Notes under the pieces: generated by a model
What the model saw: the letters and a program-made list of their open reading frames with translations, nothing else
Database searches by the model: none
What the model was told of the DNA's origin: nothing
Assembly (NCBI GenBank): GCA_963841045.1
Contig: CAWJBD010000003.1
Span: 256,668-320,667, forward strand
Direction: 5' to 3'
DNA from: an uncultured beta proteobacterium
GTDB taxonomy: Bacteria > Pseudomonadota > Gammaproteobacteria > Burkholderiales > Burkholderiaceae_C
Length of the DNA: 64,000 nt
Part shown: positions 41,766-49,481 of the stretch, in pieces
Numbering within the stretch: the first letter of the stretch is position 1
Layout: every line of letters starts with the position of its first letter
Made by a program: the position numbers and the translations under genes

Positions 41766-43271
41766 TTATGCAGTGAGGGGTTTATTTTTTGTTAGAAGTT
41801 TAAGAATTCTTGGCAAGAAAAGAACCAACAAAATAATAATCAAGAGTGTCAAAGACATAGGGCGCTCTACGAAAACAGACCATTTACCCTCACCAATAGC
41901 TATGGCATTTCGTAATTGAGCTTCTGCGAGTGGTCCCAAAATCATGCCAACCACAACAGGTGCTGCCGGGAAATCGAATCTTCTCATCACCACACCGAAC
42001 ACACCAATTGCATACAACAAGACCAAGTCAAAAGCACTTTGTCGCATACCATACACACCAACAGTTGCAAAAATCAAAATCCCTGCGTACAGATATGTCT
42101 TGGGAATTTTCAACAACTTGACCCAAATACCCACCAAAGGCAAGTTCAATACCAAGAGCATCACGTTCCCAATATAAAGAGATGCAATCAATGCCCAAAC
42201 CAAACTTGCAGAAGACGAAAGCAATTGTGGCCCAGGTTGAATTCCATAACTTTGAAATGCACCCAGTAATATTGCTGCAGTGGTAGACGTTGGAATACCC
42301 AAAGTCAACAAAGGTATCAAAGTTGCTGTGACGGCTGCGTTATTGGCTGCTTCTGGACCAGCCACACCTTCAATAGCTCCTACAGTTCCAAAATCTTTTT
42401 TGATACTTTCCGAGGCTAATTTTTTTTCTGTCGCATAACTCAAAAAAGTGGGTATCTCACTGCCGCCAGCTGGAATGGTGCCGAATGGAAACCCAATAGC
42501 TGTCCCACGCAACCAAGCAGGCCAAGATCTGCGCCAATCGCTTTTACCCATGTGCATGTTGCTCAGTTGATTTTGCGTTTCCACTGTCTTGCCTTCATAG
42601 AGCACGGCATACAAGGTTTCGGCAACCGCAAACAATCCGACCGCAACAAGAACAATTTCTATACCATCCAATAGTTCTGAAACACCAGCCGTATAGCGTG
42701 CTTGACCTGATATTTGGTCCATCCCAACCAAGCCTGCAGCCAATCCTATGAAGAGCGAAACAATGCCACGCAAAGTACTTTGCCCCAGCACCGAACTGAC
42801 GGTAACGAATGCCAATAACATCAAACAAAAATATTCTGGCGGCCCCAATTTGACCGCAAAATTCGCCAATATGGGCGCAAACAAGGTGACACCCACAGTT
42901 GCAATTGATCCCGCTACAAACGAACCAATGGCCGCAGTTGCCAAAGCAGCACCCGCACGCCCTGATTTGGCCATTTTGTTGCCTTCCATGGCTGTGATCA
43001 TGCTTCCAGCTTCACCTGGCGTGTTTAGCAAAATGGAAGTGGTCGATCCACCGTACATGGCGCCGTAATAAATACCGGCAAAGAAAATCATTGAAGCAGT
43101 CGCCTCTACCTGTGCTGTGATGGGTAATAGCATGGCTACGGCAACTGCTGGCCCAATACCAGGCAAAACGCCTACTGCAGTCCCAAGCGTACAACCAATC
43201 AAACACCATAGCAAATTAATGGGTGTCGCAGCAGTCGCAAAACCCTGCATAAGTTGGGTCAATATATCCAT
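41766..43271 (-). CDS. tctA: tripartite tricarboxylate transporter permease TctA
   Basis: 501 aa and polytopic, with GVLPGIGP and PGEAGS motifs. Confidence 0.9.
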   Translation of the reverse strand: MDILTQLMQGFATAATPINLLWCLIGCTLGTAVGVLPGIGPAVAVAMLLPITAQVEATASMIFFAGIYYGAMYGGSTTSILLNTPGEAGSMITAMEGNKMAKSGRAGAALATAAIGSFVAGSIATVGVTLFAPILANFAVKLGPPEYFCLMLLAFVTVSSVLGQSTLRGIVSLFIGLAAGLVGMDQISGQARYTAGVSELLDGIEIVLVAVGLFAVAETLYAVLYEGKTVETQNQLSNMHMGKSDWRRSWPAWLRGTAIGFPFGTIPAGGSEIPTFLSYATEKKLASESIKKDFGTVGAIEGVAGPEAANNAAVTATLIPLLTLGIPTSTTAAILLGAFQSYGIQPGPQLLSSSASLVWALIASLYIGNVMLLVLNLPLVGIWVKLLKIPKTYLYAGILIFATVGVYGMRQSAFDLVLLYAIGVFGVVMRRFDFPAAPVVVGMILGPLAEAQLRNAIAIGEGKWSVFVERPMSLTLLIIILLVLFLPRILKLLTKNKPLTA

Positions 43272-43284
43272 TGTTATTTTTCTA

Positions 43285-43815
43285 TTAAAACCAACCTGTG
43301 GTGGTCAATCCAGGCAAGCCAATGGCAAGTAGTTTTGTAAACATCCAATACACGGGAGCTGAAAGGGCTAAGCCAATGAGAGCATCTTTCAATAATCGAA
43401 TTGCATCAAAAGGTAATTTATTCTGACTTTGCGACAAGCGCATGCCACGAGCCGCACATACAAAGCAAAGCGTGCAACTTAGAATAAAACCGATTGTGGT
43501 GATCAATGTTGCATTTGCAAGCAAACCTACAGACAACCAAGCAAAGCCAGGCCAGTCACCTCGCGTGCTACCCGAAGGCTCACCCATTTGGCGAAAGCCA
43601 CCTGTTCGCGCTTCCCAAACGACCCATAAGCCACTAATCAACAAAACCAATGACACCACCGAAGGCAGGAAATTCGGACCAACGCCGGAATAACCGGCAT
43701 CAGAGGGGATGCTATAAGCGCCGACTGCCATCACAACGCCAATTCCAAAAACACCTAGGCCAACCAGGCTTTGCAGTGTTTTTGAATTTGTGCGAGTTGA
43801 AGAATCCTCGGTCAC
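43285..43815 (-). CDS. tctB: tripartite tricarboxylate transporter small membrane subunit TctB
   Basis: 176 aa with four TM segments. Its start overlaps the tctC stop by 4 nt. Confidence 0.8.
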   Translation of the reverse strand: MTEDSSTRTNSKTLQSLVGLGVFGIGVVMAVGAYSIPSDAGYSGVGPNFLPSVVSLVLLISGLWVVWEARTGGFRQMGEPSGSTRGDWPGFAWLSVGLLANATLITTIGFILSCTLCFVCAARGMRLSQSQNKLPFDAIRLLKDALIGLALSAPVYWMFTKLLAIGLPGLTTTGWF

Positions 43816-44771
43816 AACATGCCTGCCAAGTGCATCGTTCCGCGTAAACTTGCAAACTCATTGTCAACAAAATCATCAAAAGCTTTGCCAGCGAGGACAG
43901 CTGGAGTCCAATTGTTTTTTTCCAAGGCTTCAGCCCAAGCTTTTGATTTTGTGGCTTTGATGATGATGTCAGTTAGTGCAGTACGTTGCGCTGGTGTAAT
44001 GCCTGGAGCGCCATAGACACCACGCCAGTTACCCAGAACAACGTCGTAACCTTGTTCCTTTAAAGTGGGCACATTAATTCCTGGCAAACGCTTTTCGGAA
44101 GTTACACCGATAGCGCGCATTTTCCCTGCCGCTATATATTCCGCAAATTCGCTGTAACCACTGCCACCTACTTTCACATTGCCACCCAAAATAGCGGCCA
44201 CAGCTTCACCGCCGCCACGGAATGCAACATAGTTCACTTTCTTAGGATCAACGCCCACATTGCGTGCCAACATGGAAGATGCAATGTGCTCAGTCGAACC
44301 CTTTGAACCACCACCCCATGTCACACTGCCAGGGTCTTTTTTCATTTGCTCAACCACATCTTTCATTGTTTTGAAAGGTGAATTAGCCGGCACCACATAC
44401 ACGTTGTACTCGCTTGTCAAACGCGCGATGGGGGTAACCTTATCAAGACCAATTTGAGGCTTGCCACCGATAATCCCGCCCAACATCACTGCACCCATGA
44501 CCATCATGGCATTGGGGTCGCCTTTACTTGCGTTCGCAAATTGTGCAAGGCCAATCACGCCAGCTGCACCACCCTTGTTTTCATACTGAACGGTATCTGC
44601 ACCTTTGGCGTCCATGATGGCTTTACCCAGCGCACGCCCTGTGCTGTCCCAACCACCACCTGGGTTTGCGGGAATCATCATTTTGAGGTTTGTCGCAGCT
44701 TGCGCTGTCAATGGCAATGAACCTGCAGCAGCCAATGCTGCCAAAGATTTTAGAAATGTATCGCGACGCAT
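43812..44771 (-). CDS. tctC: Bug-family / TctC periplasmic substrate-binding protein
   Basis: 319 aa with a signal peptide, PANPGGGWD, ENKGGAAG and AAPGITP. Confidence 0.9.
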   Translation of the reverse strand: MRRDTFLKSLAALAAAGSLPLTAQAATNLKMMIPANPGGGWDSTGRALGKAIMDAKGADTVQYENKGGAAGVIGLAQFANASKGDPNAMMVMGAVMLGGIIGGKPQIGLDKVTPIARLTSEYNVYVVPANSPFKTMKDVVEQMKKDPGSVTWGGGSKGSTEHIASSMLARNVGVDPKKVNYVAFRGGGEAVAAILGGNVKVGGSGYSEFAEYIAAGKMRAIGVTSEKRLPGINVPTLKEQGYDVVLGNWRGVYGAPGITPAQRTALTDIIIKATKSKAWAEALEKNNWTPAVLAGKAFDDFVDNEFASLRGTMHLAGML

Positions 44772-44878
44772 AAGAATCTCCAGTGATAAATAATTTGAAA
44801 GTTAGTTTGAATCAAACTCATTGATTGTCACGCCAAATCAGCGTCAGCTGCATAGGTAGTAACACTAGGCATGCAACT

Positions 44879-45083
44879 TCAGCACAAGACTGCACAAACA
44901 CATACCTTTAGACGTTTGTCTGCTGGCACCTTCGCCAGCAAGTCCTCAGAAAATTTGATTTGTTGTACACCAACACGGCGCTTGTTTTTCACCTGTCTCA
45001 CGTTCTATCACCATTGCGCAGTGATTGGGTTGACCGCAAATGGCGCAAAGATTTTCATCGATGCTGTGTAAGTGAGATGCCAT
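44879..45083 (-). pseudogene. cysteine-rich CWC-family small protein gene with a +1 frameshift (not in the ORF track)
   Basis: Minus strand reads MASHLHSIDENLCAICGQPNHCAMVIERETGEKQAPCWCTTNQIF-stop. The next frame reads FSEDLLAKVPADKRLKVCVCAVLC-stop. The junction is in an A/T run at about 44949-44956. The span of 205 nt is 3n+1. Confidence 0.65.
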
Positions 45084-45131
45084 GTAATTAAACTAGTTGA
45101 ATTATTGAAGATATTGAAGACTTATAGACGT

Positions 45132-45160
45132 AAAAAAGGCTTCAAAATTGAAGCCTTTTC
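45132..45160 (-). terminator. Rho-independent terminator downstream of the RRM-protein gene
   Basis: Minus strand: AAGGCTTCAA-TT-TTGAAGCCTT followed by TTTT. Confidence 0.8.
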
Positions 45161-45200
45161 AAATATGAATCCAGCGAACCAGATTCTATAAATTTTGTGC

Positions 45201-45593
45201 TTAGTAGCTTGAACGGCCACCGCCGCCGTAACCGCCGCCGCCATCGCGACCGCCGCCACCGTAACCGCCGCCGCCTGAACGACCGCCGCCACCGCCGCCG
45301 TAACCACCACCGCCACCGAAGCCACCGCTACGTGGAGGACGTGGCTCCATCGGACGTGCTTCATTGACGACGCAGCTGCGACCGCCTAAATCTTTACCAT
45401 TCATACCAGCAATGGCTGCTTGTGCTTCGGCATCGCTGCCCATTTCCACAAAACCAAAACCTTTTGAACGACCTGTGTCGCGTTCCATCATCACTTTAGC
45501 GCTGGTAACAGCACCAAATTGACTGAAAGATTGCTCTAAATCGCCATCGCGAACCGAGTACGGCAAATTGCCAACGTACAGTTTGTTGCCCAT
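45201..45593 (-). CDS. RNA-binding protein (RRM domain, Gly/Arg/Tyr-rich tail)
   Basis: 130 aa with RNP-2 (LYVGNL), RNP-1 (KGFGFVEM) and a C-terminal GGGGYGGGG repeat. Confidence 0.9.
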   Translation of the reverse strand: MGNKLYVGNLPYSVRDGDLEQSFSQFGAVTSAKVMMERDTGRSKGFGFVEMGSDAEAQAAIAGMNGKDLGGRSCVVNEARPMEPRPPRSGGFGGGGGYGGGGGGRSGGGGYGGGGRDGGGGYGGGGRSSY

Positions 45594-45823
45594 TGAGGGA
45601 CTCCCTAAAAAACTCTAATAAAAAAGCGACATGTCCCTAATACACAAAATCACAACAAACCAACAAACTAAATATGGCACCGCTGTGGTGTGAAACTAAG
45701 CTATCACCCAACCTGTGCGCCATTCAAGACGCACACAACCATTATGCGCTATAAATAGCAAAAAGCAAGCCTGTTGTTTTTATGCGATTTTTCACCCTAA
45801 ATCGGAACCCAATTGCCAATTGA

Positions 45824-46045
45824 TCAAACGGCTTCGTTGTCTAAGTTGTCTTGCTGGGTGTAGTTTCGCCATTGCTTCAAACCCTCGCGCATGGTGAGCA
45901 ACTGCTTTTCAAAATTGGGGCAAGCTTTGCAGGCCCACAAATGAATCCGTAAACCAACCCGGTCACTCACGGCTAAAGCGCGGTCTTCACGCGCGACCAG
46001 CAAGGCTGCGGCTTGTTTGCAGGACATCATCATTTTCATAGCCAT
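45824..46045 (-). CDS. zf-HC2-type anti-sigma factor (small)
   Basis: 73 aa. MSCKQAAALLVAREDR...HLWACKACPNFEKQ (H-x3-C-x2-C). Lies directly downstream of the ECF sigma gene. Confidence 0.75.
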   Translation of the reverse strand: MAMKMMMSCKQAAALLVAREDRALAVSDRVGLRIHLWACKACPNFEKQLLTMREGLKQWRNYTQQDNLDNEAV

Positions 46046-46103
46046 ATTGAATACTGTTTAGCGAGTTAAGTGAGTTGACTGAGTTAAGTGAGATTCAAAA
46101 AAT

Positions 46104-46700
46104 CTATTTTGCTGCCGGATTTGGCTGATTGCCAAACCAATTGAGTTCCAAACATTCGCGCAGTCGAAGACGGGCGCGGTGCAATTGAACGTAAAGATTG
46201 GTCGAAGTCAGGTTGAGTTCCTTACAAATTTCGTCGACGGACATCTCTAACCATTCGCGCATCAGAAAAAGCCGACCTTGCGCGGCGGGCAATTTATCGG
46301 TGCAAGCTTCCAAAATTTGAAAAAATTGTTGCGATTGCAAATTTTCAGACGGATTGAAAGTCGCATTTTGCCCGCCAGACCATGTGGACGGTGGCTCAAC
46401 AAAATGCCCGTCTTTTTGAAACATCAAGGCATCCAGCTCCTCATTGCCATCTTGATCGGATTCAAAATGAATACTGGCCTCACGCGTTTGCACTCGCAAA
46501 ATATCCACCACTTTGTGTTTCAAAATACCAACCAACCAGGTCTTTAACTGTGATTTGTTTTCAAACGATTGTGGCTTGGCCAATGCCGCTAAAAGGGTGT
46601 CAGACACAGCGTCTTCAGCCCATGCATCATTGCGAAGTTGCAAGCGTGCAAATCGCAAAAGATAGTCGCGATGCTGATTCAGCTGGAGTTCAATTGGCAT
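46104..46700 (-). CDS. ECF-type RNA polymerase sigma-70 factor
   Basis: 198 aa with region 2 (DAWAEDAVSDTLLAAL...LKTWLVGILKHKVVDILR) and region 4 (LFLMREWLEMSVDEICKELNLTSTNLYVQLHRARLRLREC). Confidence 0.9.
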   Translation of the reverse strand: MPIELQLNQHRDYLLRFARLQLRNDAWAEDAVSDTLLAALAKPQSFENKSQLKTWLVGILKHKVVDILRVQTREASIHFESDQDGNEELDALMFQKDGHFVEPPSTWSGGQNATFNPSENLQSQQFFQILEACTDKLPAAQGRLFLMREWLEMSVDEICKELNLTSTNLYVQLHRARLRLRECLELNWFGNQPNPAAK

Positions 46701-46775
46701 GCTAGGGCTTAGATTTGTATTGAAATTAAAAAGTAGAAAAAGTCTGTAAGAATATTTCAGAACGAGAGACTATTC

Positions 46776-46817
46776 AGCAATCGTAGCAAAATCAATTGTC
46801 ATTTTGCACCGATTGCT
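46776..46817. promoter_or_regulatory. nested 42-bp near-palindrome in the sigma / bufA divergent promoter region
   Basis: AGCAATCG-TA-GCAAAAT-CAATTGTC-ATTTTGC-AC-CGATTGCT. A GAAC (46760-46763) lies 18 nt before CGTA, giving a weak ECF-promoter-like pattern. Confidence 0.4.
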
Positions 46818-46877
46818 ACTGTATTGTGCAGTAGTTTATGTGATAGTTTTATTTTCATTTATTTTTAGGAGATACCC

Positions 46878-47175
46878 ATGAACCAACGTGCACTTATCGC
46901 ATCTGCCGCTACCGCTTTGCTCTCTACCATGTTGCTGTCCACTTCTGCCATGGCCGCCAGCCATGCTGCTGCACCTAAGGCTGAAAAAGAAAAATGTTTT
47001 GGCGTTGCAAAAGCAGGTCAAAACGATTGCGCCAATTTGGCTGGTACACATTCATGTGCTAGGTCAAGCCAAGGTTGACATGGACAAAGGCGAATGGAAA
47101 TACGTTGCCAAAGGCACTTGCGCCACCATGAAAGGCATGAGCATGGAAGAAGCCAAAAAAGGCATGAAAAGCTAA
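46878..47175 (+). pseudogene. bufA: DUF2282-family signal-peptide RiPP precursor (bufferin BufA-like), interrupted by a +1 frameshift
   Basis: Frame 1 reads [61 protein letters not shown], then RSSQG-stop. Frame 2 continues [37 protein letters not shown]. There is an extra base at about 47061. The span of 298 nt is 3n+1. AGGAG RBS at 46867-46871. Confidence 0.8.
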
Positions 47176-47218
47176 GCTAAAAACATTGGCACTTTAAATA
47201 TTCAACAAGTCCGCCCAC

Positions 47219-48103
47219 ATGACATCGCATAGCAATATCGGTATCGGTTGGCGGCACCCTCATTACCAAGAGTTGGTAGATCGGCTGCCAACTCTTGATT
47301 TTTTAGAAGTCCATTCAGAAAACTTTTTTGGCAAAGGTGGCGCGGCATTGGCCGTGCTGATGAAAGGCCGTTCGCACTACCCCATTAGCTTGCATGGTGT
47401 TGGTTTGGCCTTAGGCTCAGCTTCTGGCATTGATGAATGGCATTTGAACAAACTGACCCATTTGGTGGCACAAGTGGACCCCATTCGTGTCAGCGACCAC
47501 GCTTGCTTTGCGCGTGGCAGTGTTGAATGCCAAGGTCAAATGGTGAATGTGCATGGCGCAGATTTGTTGCCTGTGCCCTTCAACCAAGAAGCCTTGGCTG
47601 TGATGTGTGCGAACGTCAGCCAAGTGCAAGACCGTTTGAAACGCCGCATCGCGGTAGAAAATCTTTCCGCCTACATCAGCTTTGCAGACAGCGATATGCC
47701 TGAGACCGAATTTTTGAACCAACTCGCACAGCGCACAGGGTGCGAGTTGTTGGTTGATGTGAACAACATTTACGTCAACGCGCTGAACGACCAAATACAA
47801 CAGCGTTGCACCAACCCATTGCAACAATGTAAAGATTGGTTGAATCAAATTAGGCCAGATGCGGTTTCAGAAATTCATTTGGCTGGTCACATCGACTGCG
47901 GCGACATTGTGGTGGACGACCACGGCAGCCGCATCAAAGCACCGGTTTGGGATTTGTACCAACACGCGATTCAACTGTTTGGTGCGGTGCCCACTTTGAT
48001 TGAATGGGACACCGATATTCCTGCATTGGATGTGCTACTGGATGAAGCACAGCACGCCAGTCAAATTTGCAAAGCCTGCCTAACTACAGAGGTCACAGCA
48101 TGA
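47219..48103 (+). CDS. bufB: DUF692 / MNIO-family enzyme (MbnB/BufB-like)
   Basis: 294 aa. [13 protein letters not shown]...[12 protein letters not shown]...[12 protein letters not shown]...RVSDHACF...EWDTDIP. Confidence 0.85.
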   Translation: MTSHSNIGIGWRHPHYQELVDRLPTLDFLEVHSENFFGKGGAALAVLMKGRSHYPISLHGVGLALGSASGIDEWHLNKLTHLVAQVDPIRVSDHACFARGSVECQGQMVNVHGADLLPVPFNQEALAVMCANVSQVQDRLKRRIAVENLSAYISFADSDMPETEFLNQLAQRTGCELLVDVNNIYVNALNDQIQQRCTNPLQQCKDWLNQIRPDAVSEIHLAGHIDCGDIVVDDHGSRIKAPVWDLYQHAIQLFGAVPTLIEWDTDIPALDVLLDEAQHASQICKACLTTEVTA

Positions 48104-48936
48104 GCAACTTGGCCGCGCAACAAAGCGCGCTATTACGCACCTTGTTCAGTTCACCTGTTCAACGGAGTCAAAATGCTACTAATTTCATAGCACTTCAGGC
48201 AATCAATACGCCGCCTAGAGGCCAAAAAGACCATATAAAATTCCAAGAAAGAGGCTTGCAGGTGTATCACGCCAATGCGCAAGTGGCAGCCATTCGCAAC
48301 TTGCAAGCGGCCTATCCAGTGACAGAACAATTGGTTGGTGGCGAAGCGTTTGCTTTGTTGTCGCGCGATTTGTGGCATCAATTTCCACCTAGCAAGGGCG
48401 ATGCCGCTCAATGGGGCGCAGATTTGGCGCAGCTCATCCACAGCATTGCAGAATTAAAGACAGAACCTTACCTGCCCGACGTTGCACGCATTGAATGGGC
48501 CTTGCATATGGCAGCAACAGCAACCGATGCAGAACTGGACGTTAACAGTTTGGCGCTGTTGACCACGCATGCCCCCGATGCCATTACCTTGCAACTGGCA
48601 ACTGGCACACACATTGTGAACAGCAGCTATCCAGCCGCCAGCATCACCACAGCGCATTTGTATGAGAACCCCAACTTTGAAGAATTACAAGCCAAACTCA
48701 GAAAGAGCAGCCCTGAATCTGCCCTCATTTGGCGACAAGGTTTTCGCCCATCTGTGGCCTTATGTACTGCTGCCGATGCCGCATTTATTCAAAATTTATT
48801 AGACGGTGCATCTTTGGCGGCAGCCTTGGATGACACCGAAACGGTTGACTCAACGCCAGCATTTGACTTCAACACGTGGCTCACACAGTCAGCGCAATCT
48901 GGTTTGCTGGTGGGTGCCAAACTGCTTTCAACTTAA
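48100..48936 (+). CDS. bufC: DUF2063-family partner protein (BufC-like), carrying an in-frame Family-1 repeat
   Basis: 278 aa from [26 protein letters not shown]...[13 protein letters not shown] matches the DUF2063 N-terminal pattern. Its ATG overlaps the bufB stop (ATGA). Confidence 0.8.
   Translation: MSNLAAQQSALLRTLFSSPVQRSQNATNFIALQAINTPPRGQKDHIKFQERGLQVYHANAQVAAIRNLQAAYPVTEQLVGGEAFALLSRDLWHQFPPSKGDAAQWGADLAQLIHSIAELKTEPYLPDVARIEWALHMAATATDAELDVNSLALLTTHAPDAITLQLATGTHIVNSSYPAASITTAHLYENPNFEELQAKLRKSSPESALIWRQGFRPSVALCTAADAAFIQNLLDGASLAAALDDTETVDSTPAFDFNTWLTQSAQSGLLVGAKLLST
48171..48223 (-). repeat. Family-1 dispersed palindromic repeat, copy F (in-frame inside bufC)
   Basis: The reverse complement reads GGCCTCTAGGCGGCGTATTGATTGCCTGAAGTGCTATGAAATTAGTAGCATTT. 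In the gene it is translated as [18 protein letters not shown]. Confidence 0.8.
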
Positions 48937-48972
48937 ATCAATCTCTTAACCCAACAACACATAGGAAGAAAA

Positions 48973-49419
48973 ATGGAGAACACCCCTATCAAGCGAGGAT
49001 TGGCTTTATGGACCAGCGTGACTCAAACATTGGATTTGGCTCAACCTTTGGCTGCAATGCTGGCCCGCCTGTACGTGGCACAAGTCTTTTTCATGTCGGG
49101 CCTCACAAAAATTCGCGATTGGGAAATCACAGTGTCACTGTTTACCGATGAATACAAAGTACCCTACTTATCGCCAGAACTCGCCGCCATGCTGGGCACT
49201 GCGGGTGAATTGGTTTTGCCTGTGCTCTTGGTATTGGGATTGATGGGGCGCTTTGCGGCGCTGGGTTTGTTTGTGGTGAATGCGATTGCCGTTATCAGCC
49301 TGTCTGAAATCGCACCTGCCGCTTTGCAACAGCACATCACTTGGGGTGTGTTGCTCGCATTGTTGGCCATTTATGGTTGCGGAAAATGGGCGCTTGATCA
49401 TTGGTTAATCAAGCGATAA
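48973..49419 (+). CDS. DoxX-family membrane protein (in the BufD position of bufferin operons)
   Basis: 148 aa with four TM segments. LARLYVAQVFFMSGLTKI and AELVLPVLLVLGL. Confidence 0.8.
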   Translation: MENTPIKRGLALWTSVTQTLDLAQPLAAMLARLYVAQVFFMSGLTKIRDWEITVSLFTDEYKVPYLSPELAAMLGTAGELVLPVLLVLGLMGRFAALGLFVVNAIAVISLSEIAPAALQQHITWGVLLALLAIYGCGKWALDHWLIKR

Positions 49420-49481
49420 AACTCACAACACAAATTTTTAGCACAAATAATTAGCGCAACTGCCATGCGCATAATAGCGGA

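Noticed and set aside
44871-45071. 66-aa plus-strand ORF
   Set aside because: It is antisense to the frameshifted CWC cysteine-rich gene, which explains the region better.
45205-45335. Periodic GCC/GCCGCC repeats that could be taken for a tandem repeat or array
   Set aside because: This is the coding sequence of the Gly-rich tail (GGGGYGGGG) of the RRM protein. There is no spacer/repeat architecture, and it is not a CRISPR array.
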